DNA of 63,375 nucleotides, filler included, from Craspedostauros australis (GCA_030167865.1; 5 parts of 5 records of this genome joined end to end with filler, not necessarily neighbours in it), one strand, 5' to 3'; positions 36,115 to 46,611 are shown, counted from the whole stretch's first letter. Notes: a model not told the origin generated them from the sequence alone. Translations and numbers: made by a program.

Positions 36115-36908
36115 GATAACATTATAATGTTATTACTACCATCTCGTCGATCTTTTTGTGTTTGTTGACCCCCTTGGTGTGGTTTCGCCTTCGGACGAAG
36201 GACGGACCGGGTTTTCATTGGCTACAATTGGCTACAAGTAGGATTCTACAGGGGTCTGGTAGGATCTGGCCTCTTTTTTCGAGAAATTCGACCCTCCATC
36301 TTTGAAGTCTCCGCGCTGAGCATTCTTTGGCTCAATCTGTACAATAGATATCATTTCAGAATNCTCTCTCCGAGGCGGTCACAACTATATGATCTATATT
36401 ATGTTTGAGTGCGATGGTATGGAGGTATGCTTGCGTTTAGTGCTCCCATGGAGGTCGGAATGATATATGACCACTCGGATCCCCAATTTCGGTGGCAAGT
36501 TTGGAGAATTCTGGTTCCAACGCTTGCGTCATCGTGACGTCATGGACGGTTGGGACACTCGTTCGGAACAACTTGACCAAGAAAACACGCCAACCAGAAG
36601 ACAAAAACGTCCGTGAATGATGGGGGTGCTTGATGGATCACATTAGAACTCACCGAGAAAGAGAGAAACAAACACCAAACTTCAGGACGGTATATATAAA
36701 CACTATGCGATACTATAACTGAAATACGAGTACAAGATGGCCCATACGAGCTGAGTGCGGAGAGTTGGACTACGGTTGATGCTGTTTCTGGCCTGTTTTC
36801 GTTCGGGACTTACGTAGAAAATGTACTAGATTCTACAGACCATTTTTCGTGATCCAAAAATCGCCAAAAATCGCCAATGGCGTTGGCTACAGCCGTTTGT
36901 TTGAGGCA

Positions 36909-37100
36909 CTAGTGACACACACAACCCCGCGATTCCCTGTCGTTCAAAACCCTGCCTCGCAGCTTGTCGTAGTCCACGGACTTCATGAACAGCGTCACCC
37001 TCTGCTGCAGCGCATTCATGGACGGACTCGTTAATCGCTCCACGAACATCCCATCTGCGCTGAGCAGATACATTGTCACCCAATCCAGATCGAGGTTCGA
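36909..37100 (-). pseudogene. 3'-terminal coding fragment truncated by an LTR insertion
   Basis: Open 63-codon frame SNLDLDWVTMYLLSADGMFVERLTSPSMNALQQRVTLFMKSVDYDKLRGRVLNDRESRGCVCH* starting exactly at the LTR boundary 37101; no family recognised. Confidence 0.35.
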
Positions 37101-37177
37101 TGTTGGAAAATCCGGGGTTGTAGTTAGTATGAACCTAATCTGTTACTAGATCGTACTGTCTTAGAACTGTGAGCTCA
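37101..37177 (-). mobile_element. LTR terminal fragment (77 bp) interrupted by a second LTR
   Basis: tgttggaaaatccggggttgtagttag...agaactgtgagctca immediately followed by a new tgttggaaatccgggg. Confidence 0.8.
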
Positions 37178-37941
37178 TGTTGGAAATCCGGGGTTATAGT
37201 TAGTACTGCAATCTAATTCGCTGTTAGAAACTGTACCGTTTTAGAACTGTGAGCACAATCTCACTTTCTCTTCCGATTTCATTTTTCATAGGCATCTGCC
37301 GCGGTGGCGACACAGGGCGTCCTGTTGTTCTTAGGTGCTTCTCTCCCCATTCATCATGCTCTGCTCTTGCTTCCTTGTCTTGGCATAGATGTTGCTTGCC
37401 TCTGCATCGTCGTAGCTGTCTACGCTCGCATGGTAGGAATCTGCAGTCCTGAGCACTTGCCTATCACATGTTTCCGTTATTGATCTCATGACACCATCGT
37501 CTCATGATCGATGTCAACCTTGGTGATGTTCCAAACCTGCGGATGTTCTGATCCTTTCTGATGTTCCAAACCTGCAGATATTTTTGTCCGCAGGAAGGGC
37601 GCGTGCTGTCCTCTGAAGGGGGTGCGTCACTTGCCCATCGGCCTGCTGTTCTGATTGACGTCGTCGTCTGCATAGTTGCCATGGTTGGTTTGGTATCAGG
37701 ACCTCCTGATCCGCAATAGGTGTTGTTCTTACATTACCAGAGGACAGACTACCCTCCTCGCGGTAGTGCAGGTATCAATCACGTCCATGTCCTTAGTCAT
37801 AGTCATAATGACATGGTATTCAAAGGTGTGACGAATAGTCTCCGAACATGTGACGAATAATGTTCAAAGTTGTGACGAATAATGTTGGGAGGTGCGGCAA
37901 TCATGGGTATTCCAACAAAGTCGTACCCTCGATTCCTAACA
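37178..37941 (-). mobile_element. Copia LTR (subfamily B, 764 bp)
   Basis: tgttggaaatccgggg...gtcgtaccctcgattcctaaca; collinear with 40275-41016; flanks (agctca/acggtt) do not form a TSD. Confidence 0.88.
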
Positions 37942-38206
37942 ACGGTTCGGCATCAAGGTGGAGGAAGATCTCGAAGACTATCTGAGCTGCAAGATCATAT
38001 TCAACCACGACAAGACAAACTGCTGGGTGAACCAACCACACATCCTCAAGAACATCATCGATACGTTCGGAAGCAATGTGCTGAACCTACAACGATACGG
38101 AACACCAGGAACACCAGGGCAGGGCATCCAAAGGAACAGCGATGCACCCAAGGTGGACGAACAGCGACACAGCCGATACCGAAGTGGAGTAGGCATGCTG
38201 CTATAC
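37942..38206 (+). mobile_element. Copia reverse-transcriptase C-terminal fragment
   Basis: EEDLEDYLSCKI...VNQPHILK...YGTPGTPG...HSRYRSGVGMLLY, homologous to the minus-strand pol at about 42100-42340; breaks off abruptly after MLLY. Confidence 0.85.
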
Positions 38207-38305
38207 AGTCTCGTGACCCTTCCCCTGTCGAAGACGTACGTAGAACTGGTACAAAAATTCTTACGTAGAACACGTTAAACCAGTACTGGAAGTGAAGCCA
38301 CGACA

Positions 38306-40081
38306 ATGGCGAAACAAAAACGTAGTGACCGAGAGCATAAAGCCGACACCATGACCCCGATTCCCCCGCCGCCGCCAGGCAAGCCTCCAGCAAAGGCCTA
38401 CCCGGCACCTGTCCAAATCCCGGCTTCGAACGACCCCCATGGCGACGAGGAAGCCACAATGACTGACGAGCAGGCTCCTACGCCCAAAAGTTCCAGCACC
38501 ACGAAAAAAGACGGCTGGATTTGGAGCCACGCACTGGAGCAACAATGGCGAAAAATGCTCAAGGAGCGAAACTTCGCGACGCGCCTGGTCCAACCCTTCA
38601 AGGAGCTCTTCGGAGAAGGCGACACCATTCACGATGCCACAAGATACATCAAGGGTCTGGCTGGCAACCCTCCATTCGTCAAACTTGAGCAGTGCACAGA
38701 CCTCTTCGGAAAAGCCATCCAACACAAGCTGGGGCCAAGCGACAATGCCTGCACCATCGACCTCTACCTCCGTCTCATCAAAACGGACAGTCTCTTCACC
38801 TCCATGTGGGAGAGCGGGAGGTTGAGAGAGACTCACGAATCCGCAGGATGGATCGCAGCGCGCCTGGTCTTCATGAAAGACAAGCAAATTGACGTCGACA
38901 ACCTGGGAAGGGAAAAAGCAATTTCCCCCAATCCGTCAGAAAAGAAGAAACAGAAGAAAACGGAGATGCTCTACCTTCGCAGAGAGTCGACGGAGAAAAC
39001 CCGCGACTCGGTTAACAACGCTCTGTCGGACTTCCATCGGACCTTTGTCGACCTGAGACTTCCCGCTCCAAGAGACAGAGACAAGACTGCCCCCGCGCAA
39101 GCCATCGAAAGTCTCAATGTTGTTGTGGACTTTGTCTTCCAAAACGACGTAAACGCCAAGTTCATGTCCTGGCACCATGGCGCCACAAGACCTTGGTCCA
39201 AGCGCGACGGTAAATGGGAGCCCCGAGAGACAGTGAAACTGTTCATCGAGAATCTCTACGCAAGGACGGGCAACACCATCTTCACACGCATCCTCCTCGC
39301 CCACAAGAAGGACTTCGACTCGTTCAAGGACGACGGCACACTGATCGACGAAGGTATTCATATGAAACCATCGGCAATCCAAGAGAAGAACATTGTCTCG
39401 GCAGGCTGGCTCTTTGGCAGCCACAGCACCACCAACAACAAAGACTTGGCAGAAGTCATCGGCGGACACAGCAAAGTTTCAGGGGTGATGGAAATCGAAA
39501 TTCTCCTCAAGGAAATCCGTCTGCGATCCGGCCGGCAAGTGAAAAGCAAGGAGTTCAAAGACAGGCAGCGTGCAGCACACATCATGTGCGGCCACTCCAA
39601 AGCCAAGGAGTGCCGGGCCGCCATGAAACGCATTTTCAACGACAAAGGCGCCAGTCTGGTCCTCGGCAAGCAACTTCGGTTCATGCCAGATGCGCTTGAC
39701 CCGCGTTTTGTTCCATCTCCAAGGAAACTCCTCGGCCTCGAGTACATGGCGAAGGCCCAACACCGATTTGAACTGAAGATGCTCACTCAAGGCGTCGAAT
39801 CAATCCAGGAGCTGGACGTTCCAATGTCGGTCTACCTGGTCTCTCTTCGCGAGGTGATCATGAATTTCCGATCATTCGAGAACCCAGAATACGCTCTCTT
39901 TGTGTCTGTGGATACCGACAGAGCAGATCCCTTTCGAACCAATTTCGTGTACCATGAAGACCGCCAAGTTGAAGCCCAAGAGGTGATCTCCAAGCTCCCA
40001 TTCCTGTGCCTTAAGCTTCTCGGAGGCAACTGCCACCACTGGTTTACTCCTTCTGGTTGGGCTGATACCGACAACTGTTGA
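38306..40081 (+). CDS. Probable ORF1 of a non-LTR (LINE-like) retrotransposon, C-terminally truncated by an LTR insertion (591 aa)
   Basis: Long intact intronless ORF starting about 100 bp after an abrupt break in Copia RT. Pro-rich N-terminus and motifs AGWLFGSH, LRFMP, SLREVIM..LFVSVD and HWFT resemble (from recollection) diatom LINE ORF1 proteins. The stop is supplied by the LTR beginning at 40076. Confidence 0.55.
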   Translation: MAKQKRSDREHKADTMTPIPPPPPGKPPAKAYPAPVQIPASNDPHGDEEATMTDEQAPTPKSSSTTKKDGWIWSHALEQQWRKMLKERNFATRLVQPFKELFGEGDTIHDATRYIKGLAGNPPFVKLEQCTDLFGKAIQHKLGPSDNACTIDLYLRLIKTDSLFTSMWESGRLRETHESAGWIAARLVFMKDKQIDVDNLGREKAISPNPSEKKKQKKTEMLYLRRESTEKTRDSVNNALSDFHRTFVDLRLPAPRDRDKTAPAQAIESLNVVVDFVFQNDVNAKFMSWHHGATRPWSKRDGKWEPRETVKLFIENLYARTGNTIFTRILLAHKKDFDSFKDDGTLIDEGIHMKPSAIQEKNIVSAGWLFGSHSTTNNKDLAEVIGGHSKVSGVMEIEILLKEIRLRSGRQVKSKEFKDRQRAAHIMCGHSKAKECRAAMKRIFNDKGASLVLGKQLRFMPDALDPRFVPSPRKLLGLEYMAKAQHRFELKMLTQGVESIQELDVPMSVYLVSLREVIMNFRSFENPEYALFVSVDTDRADPFRTNFVYHEDRQVEAQEVISKLPFLCLKLLGGNCHHWFTPSGWADTDNC

Positions 40082-40274
40082 GAAATCCGGGTAACCCAGT
40101 CTCTATTAGTAGTATCTGATTACCTATTCCTGTTGTTGCATTCTCAGAACTGTGAGCACAACATCTTCATCTCTTTCAATTTCATTTGCCATAGCATGCA
40201 TAATCCACAGTAGCATCATGAGATACTGCTGTAATCATCATGTCATGCAGCATGTACTTCATGTACATCTCATC

Positions 40275-41016
40275 TGTTGGAAATCCGGGGTTGTAGTTAG
40301 TACTAAGTTCTAATCTGCTGTTAGAAACTGTACCGTTTTAGAACTGTGAGCACAATCTCACTTTCTCTTCTGATTTCGTTTTCTTGACAGGCATCTGTCG
40401 CGGTAACGACACGGGGCATCCTGTTGTCTCTTAGGTGCTTCCCTCTTCGTTCATCATGCTCTGTTCTTGCTTCCTTGTCTCTGCATCGTCGTAGCTGTCT
40501 ACGCTTGCATGGTAGGGATCTGCGGTCTTGAGCACTTGCCTATCTCATGTTTCCGTCGTTGATTCTCATGACACCGTCGTCTTATGATCGATGTCACCTT
40601 TGGTGATGTTCCAAACCTGCGGATATTCTGATCCTTTCTGATGTTCCAAACCTGCAGATGTTCTTGTNNNNNNNNNNNNNNNNNNNNNNNNNNNNNNNNN
40701 NNNNNNNNNNNNNNNNNATGCTGTTCTGATCGACGTCGTCGTCTGGATGGTTGCCATGGTTGGCGTGGTATCGGGACCTCCTGGTCCGCCGTGGGTGTCT
40801 TCCTTACGTTACCAGAGGACAGGCTATCCTCCTCGCCGTTATACAGGTATCAATCGCGTCCGTATGCTTAGTCATAGTCATAATGACATGGTATACAAAG
40901 GTGTGACAAATAGTCTCTGAACATGTGATGAATAATATTCAAAGCTGTGACGAACAATGTTGGGAGGTGCGGCAATTACGGGTATTCCGACAAAGTCGTA
41001 CCCTCAATTCCTAACA
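40275..41016 (-). mobile_element. Solo Copia LTR (subfamily B) nested in LTR C, 6-bp TSD CTCATC
   Basis: TG...CA termini; ctcatc at 40269-40274 and 41017-41022. Confidence 0.9.
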
Positions 41017-41088
41017 CTCATCATGCATCTCATCATGCATCTCATCATGCATCTCATCATGCATCTCATCATGCATCTCATCATGCAC
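41017..41088. repeat. 12-bp tandem repeat (ctcatcatgcat) x6 within LTR C
   Basis: Directly visible; gives the HHAS/IMHL repeats in the ORF track. Confidence 0.9.
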
Positions 41089-41541
41089 TCCATCGTGCAT
41101 TTCATCGTGCATTTCATTTTGCTCTACATTCTTGCGGCAGGAGTCCACAGTCGTGCATCCATCTTGTCACAGGTTTCGTCTTGAAACCCGCGACACTTCT
41201 GAATCTTTCTGATGGTCCAAACCTGCGGCTTTTCTTGTCCGCAAGAGGGCACATGCTTCGTTTCTCTTGATGGGGTGATCACAGACCTGCTGGTCATCGA
41301 TGTTTCTCCCATGACGTCGTCGTCTGATCTGTCTTGCGTTGTCATGGTTTTTCTTGTTAGAGGAGGACAGGCTTGTTGTCTTGTTACGACTGAGACCAGT
41401 CACGTTTGTCTTGAGTCACGGGTCGAGTCACGTATATGACGAGTCTCGGGTTTGAGTCACGGATGTGAGTCACGGATGGTGTTATTGGGAGGTGCGGCAA
41501 TCATGGGTATCTTGGAAAAAGCGTACCCTCGATTCCTGACA

Positions 41542-44082
41542 CCCTTCCATTGTCGCATCGACAATACAGCATTCTGACTTCATACTCCCTTGACTCTCAT
41601 CACCACTCCTTCCTCTTTCTTTACCTTTCTTTGACTCTCATCACCATCACCATTCTCATTCTCATCATTAATCCATTGCGGATCGCAATTGGATGATGTG
41701 GCCCTTGTGTCCTCAACCCGATGTTGTTCATCAGTTGAGTCTGGAAGCGGATCTCATTTCCGGCCTCCAATAGTGCAACGTGCTCAGCCTCCATTGAGCT
41801 CAGTGTCACACTGTGCTGTGTCCTTCGATCTCCAGATGATCGGCACTCCTTGTAGTAGGACGATGTGTCCTCCCATACTAATGCGATTGTCCTTGTCACC
41901 ACCGAACTCGTTGTCGGTGCAGATCACAATCTTCCATGCATCGTTCTCCAATGGACTTGACTTCATCCGTGGTCCATAGTCTCTCGTGTCCGACATGCAC
42001 TTCATGATCCCCAGCATTTCCTTGTATGCTGCGGCCGTTGGTCCATCCAACACCTTGGTCAGTTCGCGTGTTGCGTTGGCGATGTCGGGTTGCGAGTGCT
42101 TCATTTGATATAGCAGCATACCTACTCCACTTCGGTATCTGCTGTGTCGGTCTCTGTCCACCTTGGGCGAATCACTATCCCTTTTGGATGCCTTGCCCTG
42201 GTGTTCCTGGTGTACCATACTGTTGCAGCTTCATCACGTTGTCCTTGAATGTGATGATGACGTTTTTGATGATGTGCGGTTGGATACGATCTTGCAGCTG
42301 AAGTAGTCTTCCAAATCATCCTCCATCTTGGTATCAAACCACTCTGCTTTGATATCTTCCTTGAGTTTCTTCAATTCCTGTTCATCCTTGATGCATAGGC
42401 AGTCGTCGACATGGGTTCTGATCAATAGCAGTCTCCCTTCCTGATTCCGAATCAGAAGGCATGGATCAACTTGGCTTGGTCCGAATCCCAATTTGAGTAG
42501 GATGTCGACCAGCTTCTTCTTCCATTGTCTTGCCCTTTGCATGAGCCCGTTGATCATCTTTTTGAGCAACAGTCATTCACTCTCACCATGCTCCATGCCC
42601 TTCTGGCAAAGCATGTAGACCTCCTCTTTGAGATCTCCATGTAGAAATGCTGTCTCAAGGTTGATAGTGATGCTGTCCAATGTTCAGTAGCATCTTCATT
42701 GTGAGCATTCCGCGGTCGGTTGCGTCATGCATCACGGGTTAGTTGCGTTGAGAAGTCCACTCCTGCAGTCTGTGAGTACCGCATGCAACAAGTCTGGTGC
42801 GGAACATGCCATTCCTCTTCTCCTTGAAGGCCCACTTGGTCTTCACGCATCGCCGATCCTTCGGCATCTGGTCCTTCTTGATCTTCTGCCAGACTCCTCG
42901 TCTGACCATGTCGTAGAATTCGTGTTTGATGGCATCTCGCCATTCCTTTCGCTTTGCTGGACCCGCATGATCCCAGCATTCTTCAAAGGTGGTTGGATCC
43001 AGCATCATAGTTGTATATGCATGCTCGGACGTCTCATCCCTTCTCTTGTGGTTGCTGGGGTCTTCTCAGATACCTCAGCCGACTCACCACCTCCACTTCT
43101 TGAATCTGTGTCGGAGTGGTGTTCTGGCATGTTGTTGTGCGGTGCCAAGCCGCGTGGCATCCGTGGCATCCTTGCCACTGGTCTCATGGGAGAGTATGTG
43201 AGGTCCTTGCCTTCAGCAGCTTGCCTCCGAGTCACTCGTACTCCGTCCCTTCCGCTAGTCAGGATCCACATGATCCTATCATTCCTTAGGCGCATATACA
43301 CTCGGCATCATTCCAGTGTTGGTGTGCACGAATCTCTCTCGCCATCGCATTCTCTCTCAACATCCTGACTCGCAGCAATGAAGTCGATCACTCTCATCCT
43401 TCATTCGGTAGCACCGATCCTCATACCTGCGACGTTGTTGTTGATGATTGACCCGTCTGTGTCGAAGTTGGGTCCGTCTCTTGCCATTGGAGCAGTCATC
43501 GCCTCCTGTGCAATTGCGTAGCCATCGTCATCTCCTGATTCTGATGCTTCGTTCGTCACCCTTGTTGGGTGTTGGTATATTGTGATAAGCTGCCAGCTCT
43601 GTTGTCGTGTTGCATTGCAACCATGTTGTCGATCGCCTTCATCCTCTTCTGGATAGCATCGATTCTGTATGCTGCAGCTTCTTCGTCCTGGGAGTTATTG
43701 GCGGCATCCTGCCACTCCCCCTCTATTCATCTGAGGTTTCTCCCTTCCAGCTCTGTCATTGGATTCTTCATCCGACATGTCCGCGTTTCTCATTGCTCTT
43801 GTATCGACGTATCTTGGCTCACTGTATCTGGAATCTGCCCTTCATGGCTCTTGCTCTCATAGCTGTGTCATATCCAGATTTGAAGCTTTCTCTCTCGTCG
43901 ATTTCATTCTCATCGCACATCGATCTCAAATCTGTGCTTGTGGTATCTCGCCAATCATTTGGCGTCCAGTTCCTCTTGATCTTCTACCATGCTCATAGTG
44001 TGGCCTTATCACTGAACCGTTCCATCATGGCCTCCCGCCATTCATTGCTCTTCTTGGGATCCACATGACCCCGTCATTCGTC
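41542..44082 (-). mobile_element. Degenerate Copia internal region (RT + RNase H pseudogene with frameshifts and deletions)
   Basis: DPTTFEECW..EWRDAIKHEF..KTKWAFKEKRNGMFRTRLVACG; ETAFLHGDL; GLMQRARQW; SQVDPCL; HVDD (YVDD); YRSGVGMLLY..PDIANATREL; RNase H TDNEFGGDKDNRIS and VTLSSMEAEH. A second, more decayed RT-start-like segment lies near 43950-44082. Confidence 0.9.
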
Positions 44083-44872
44083 TGTCAGGAATCGAGGGTG
44101 CGACTATGTCGTATTATCCTAGATTGCCGCACCTCCCATAATACCAAAATTAGACTGACCGATCTATCAAAGTCGGACACGCTCCCAAGTCTATTGTGGA
44201 CCTCCTCCTCTGTGTGTCAAGAGTATGACGGACGACGGACAGACTAATCGAGAGACATGGTTTGAGTGGATTGACGAGCTGGCATGGCGAACAATGGATG
44301 TGAAAGGGAGACCGAAACACCGAAGTGTTCCAAGCATGAGGGTTGACCGGTTAACCTGAAACAACTATGCGAAAACGCTATCACAGTTGAGTCGCTCGGA
44401 ACCCAGAACATGATTACGTGACTGACAGAGAACCAGCGAAGGAGAACAAAGCGCGGACTGGAACAGCATCGAAAGACTGGACTGATCGTGCCAGAACTCC
44501 ATGTTCTGAGCAAGTGTGAATGTTGGTGAACACGTGAGAAGAGTGAGTGAACAACATGAAAGAGTGCACTGAATGAGTGATGGATGTCTGATGAGAAGAG
44601 AGTGAATCGAGCATCGGCATGCATGCGCCTCAGGAGTGTAGACCGATCGCTCAACAGCTGAGCATGATGAAATGCACTTGTCATGAGCAATGAAATGGAC
44701 ATGACGGAGAGAGATTGCAATGATGATCATGAGGGGCAACCACAGGAGGCCATCAGCATCATCATGGGCAAACGAGTTGACGATTTGAGATATGAATGTA
44801 TTGTTCTCACAGTTCTAAAACGGTACAGTTTAATAAGCATTAGACTATATCTATAACCCCGGATTTCCAACA
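44083..44872 (+). mobile_element. Copia LTR (subfamily A, 790 bp), probable 5' LTR of a plus-strand element
   Basis: tgtcaggaatcgaggg...ccccggatttccaaca, followed by cgtttcgaaacgt, an N gap and gag sequence. Confidence 0.9.
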
Positions 44873-44971
44873 CGTTTCGAAACGTNNNNNNNNNNNNNNN
44901 NNNNNNNNNNNNNNNNNNNNNNNNNNNNNNNNNNNNNNNNNNNNNNNNNNNNNNNNNNNNNNNNNNNNNNN

Positions 44972-45169
44972 TTTGGCAAGTCCGATCGTTACCCCATCGT
45001 GTTCGACGGAAAGAAGTCCAACTGGAACGCATGGAGCGCTAAGTTCCTCACCCGCGCTGAACGCAAGGGCTACGGGAACTTTTATCTCCAAGCTGCGGAT
45101 GCCGTGGTGGTGAAGGATGAACCTCTCGGACCATCCGGTCTTGCCCCGACGACGGGCGGAGACTCGGGT
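44972..45169 (+). mobile_element. Copia gag N-terminal fragment (copy 1, between N gaps)
   Basis: FGKSDRYPIVFDGKKSNWNAWSAKFLTRAERKGY; near-identical to 45578-45775. Confidence 0.85.
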
Positions 45170-45219
45170 NNNNNNNNNNNNNNNNNNNNNNNNNNNNNNN
45201 NNNNNNNNNNNNNNNNNNN

Positions 45220-45478
45220 CAGCATGCATGCACCTCAGGAGTGTAGACGGATATCTCAACAGATGAGCATGGTGAAATGCACTTGTCATGAGCTATGAAA
45301 TGGGGATGACAGAGAGAGATTGTAATGATGATTATGAGGGGCAACTACAGGAGGGCCACCAGCATCATCATGGGCAAACGAGTTGACGGTTTGAGAAATG
45401 AGTGTGTTGTTCTCACAGTTCTAAAACGGTACAGTTTAATAAGCATTAGACTATATCTATAACCCCGGATTTCCAACA
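45220..45478 (+). mobile_element. Copia LTR subfamily A 3' part (second copy)
   Basis: Collinear with about 44613-44872 and ends in ccccggatttccaaca. Confidence 0.85.
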
Positions 45479-45565
45479 CGTTTCGAAACGTTACGATTGA
45501 AATCCTACGTTTCTACCACCATCAGCACAGCAACACTCGCCATCACCCTTACCACCACCATCATC

Positions 45566-45975
45566 ATGAGCTCCCTTTTTGGCAAGTCCGATCGTTACCC
45601 CATCGTGTTCGACGGAAAGAAGTCCAACTGGAACGCATGGAGCGCTAAGTTCCTCACCCGCGCTGAACGCAAAGGCTACGGGAACTTTTACCTCCAAGCT
45701 GCGGATGCCGTGGTGGTGAAGGATGAACCTCTCGGACCATCTGGTCTTGCCCCAACGACGGGCGGAGACTCGGGTACGGGGGAACCTAAGAAGGTATCAG
45801 TCATGTCCTACAAGGAGAAGGCTGAGTACCGAAAGGCGTTGGCGAAGTACGCGTTTGAAGAACTGACCATGGCGATCAACCATGAAACTCTGGAAGGCAA
45901 TGTTGCCTTCATGGCTGTGCTGGGATGCAAGAGCGGTACCTACAAAGGTGGTGATCCACGCAAGGCGTGGAAGGC
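45566..45975 (+). mobile_element. Copia gag N-terminus (copy 2), truncated by assembly gap
   Basis: ATG 88 bp after the LTR; MSSLFG..VFDGKKSNWNAWSAKFLTRAERKGY...AFEELTMAI..EGNVAF..GDPRKAWK, typical of diatom Copia gag. Confidence 0.85.
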
Positions 45976-46611
45976 NNNNNNNNNNNNNNNNNNNNNNNNN
46001 NNNNNNNNNNNNNNNNNNNTTAATTAATTAANNNNNNNNNNNNNNNNNNNNNNNNNNNNNNNNNNNNNNNNNNNNGAACACATCGGTTGGCACCACAATG
46101 TTTTGTGATCATTTCCACCGCGTGTTAACACGCGGTGGGGCACACAGAAATTCGCCACGATACAGCGCGGTGATTGGCATTCGTGAATGACAATATCGAG
46201 TGGTGGCCCCAGAGAAACGAGCAGATCTCGACAACCACCCAACCAATCACCACCAAAGTTAGAGAGGGTGATGAAAAGCCACACTTGAGAGTGATCACGA
46301 AAGGAGAGCTCAAACGGACGGAGCGGAATGGACTTGCCGAGGAGGTTCGTGGCAGAAAAGATGGTTTTGGGCTGCTACACGCGGGACTGACGTACAAAAT
46401 GGAACAGCGTCTACAGAGAAAATGACTCATACAACTAAATATAATACCAAATGTTACCAATGGTCACCAAAAATGGCCTCCCTTCAAGCCATGAGACACT
46501 AGAGTTAATGTTTCCACGCCTCTTGATGCCATCGACATCCCCACTGATTGCCGCGCCGCAGCAATCGCAAACATGCTCTGCTCTTGCATCCGCCCTTGCG
46601 CTGATTGGAAT

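Larger units (their letters stand above)
40076..41541 (-). mobile_element. 3' LTR (subfamily C) of the minus-strand Copia element, with a nested solo LTR
   Basis: Termini tgttgagaaatccggg (40076) and gtaccctcgattcctgaca (41541). On the minus strand it is preceded by purine tract GGAAGGG (PPT-like, 41542-41548) and RNase H coding remnants. Confidence 0.82.

Noticed and set aside
40070..41547. LTR C as a solo LTR
   Set aside because: Flanks gacaac/cccttc do not match, and a PPT-like tract plus RNase H adjoin it, so it is a 3' LTR.
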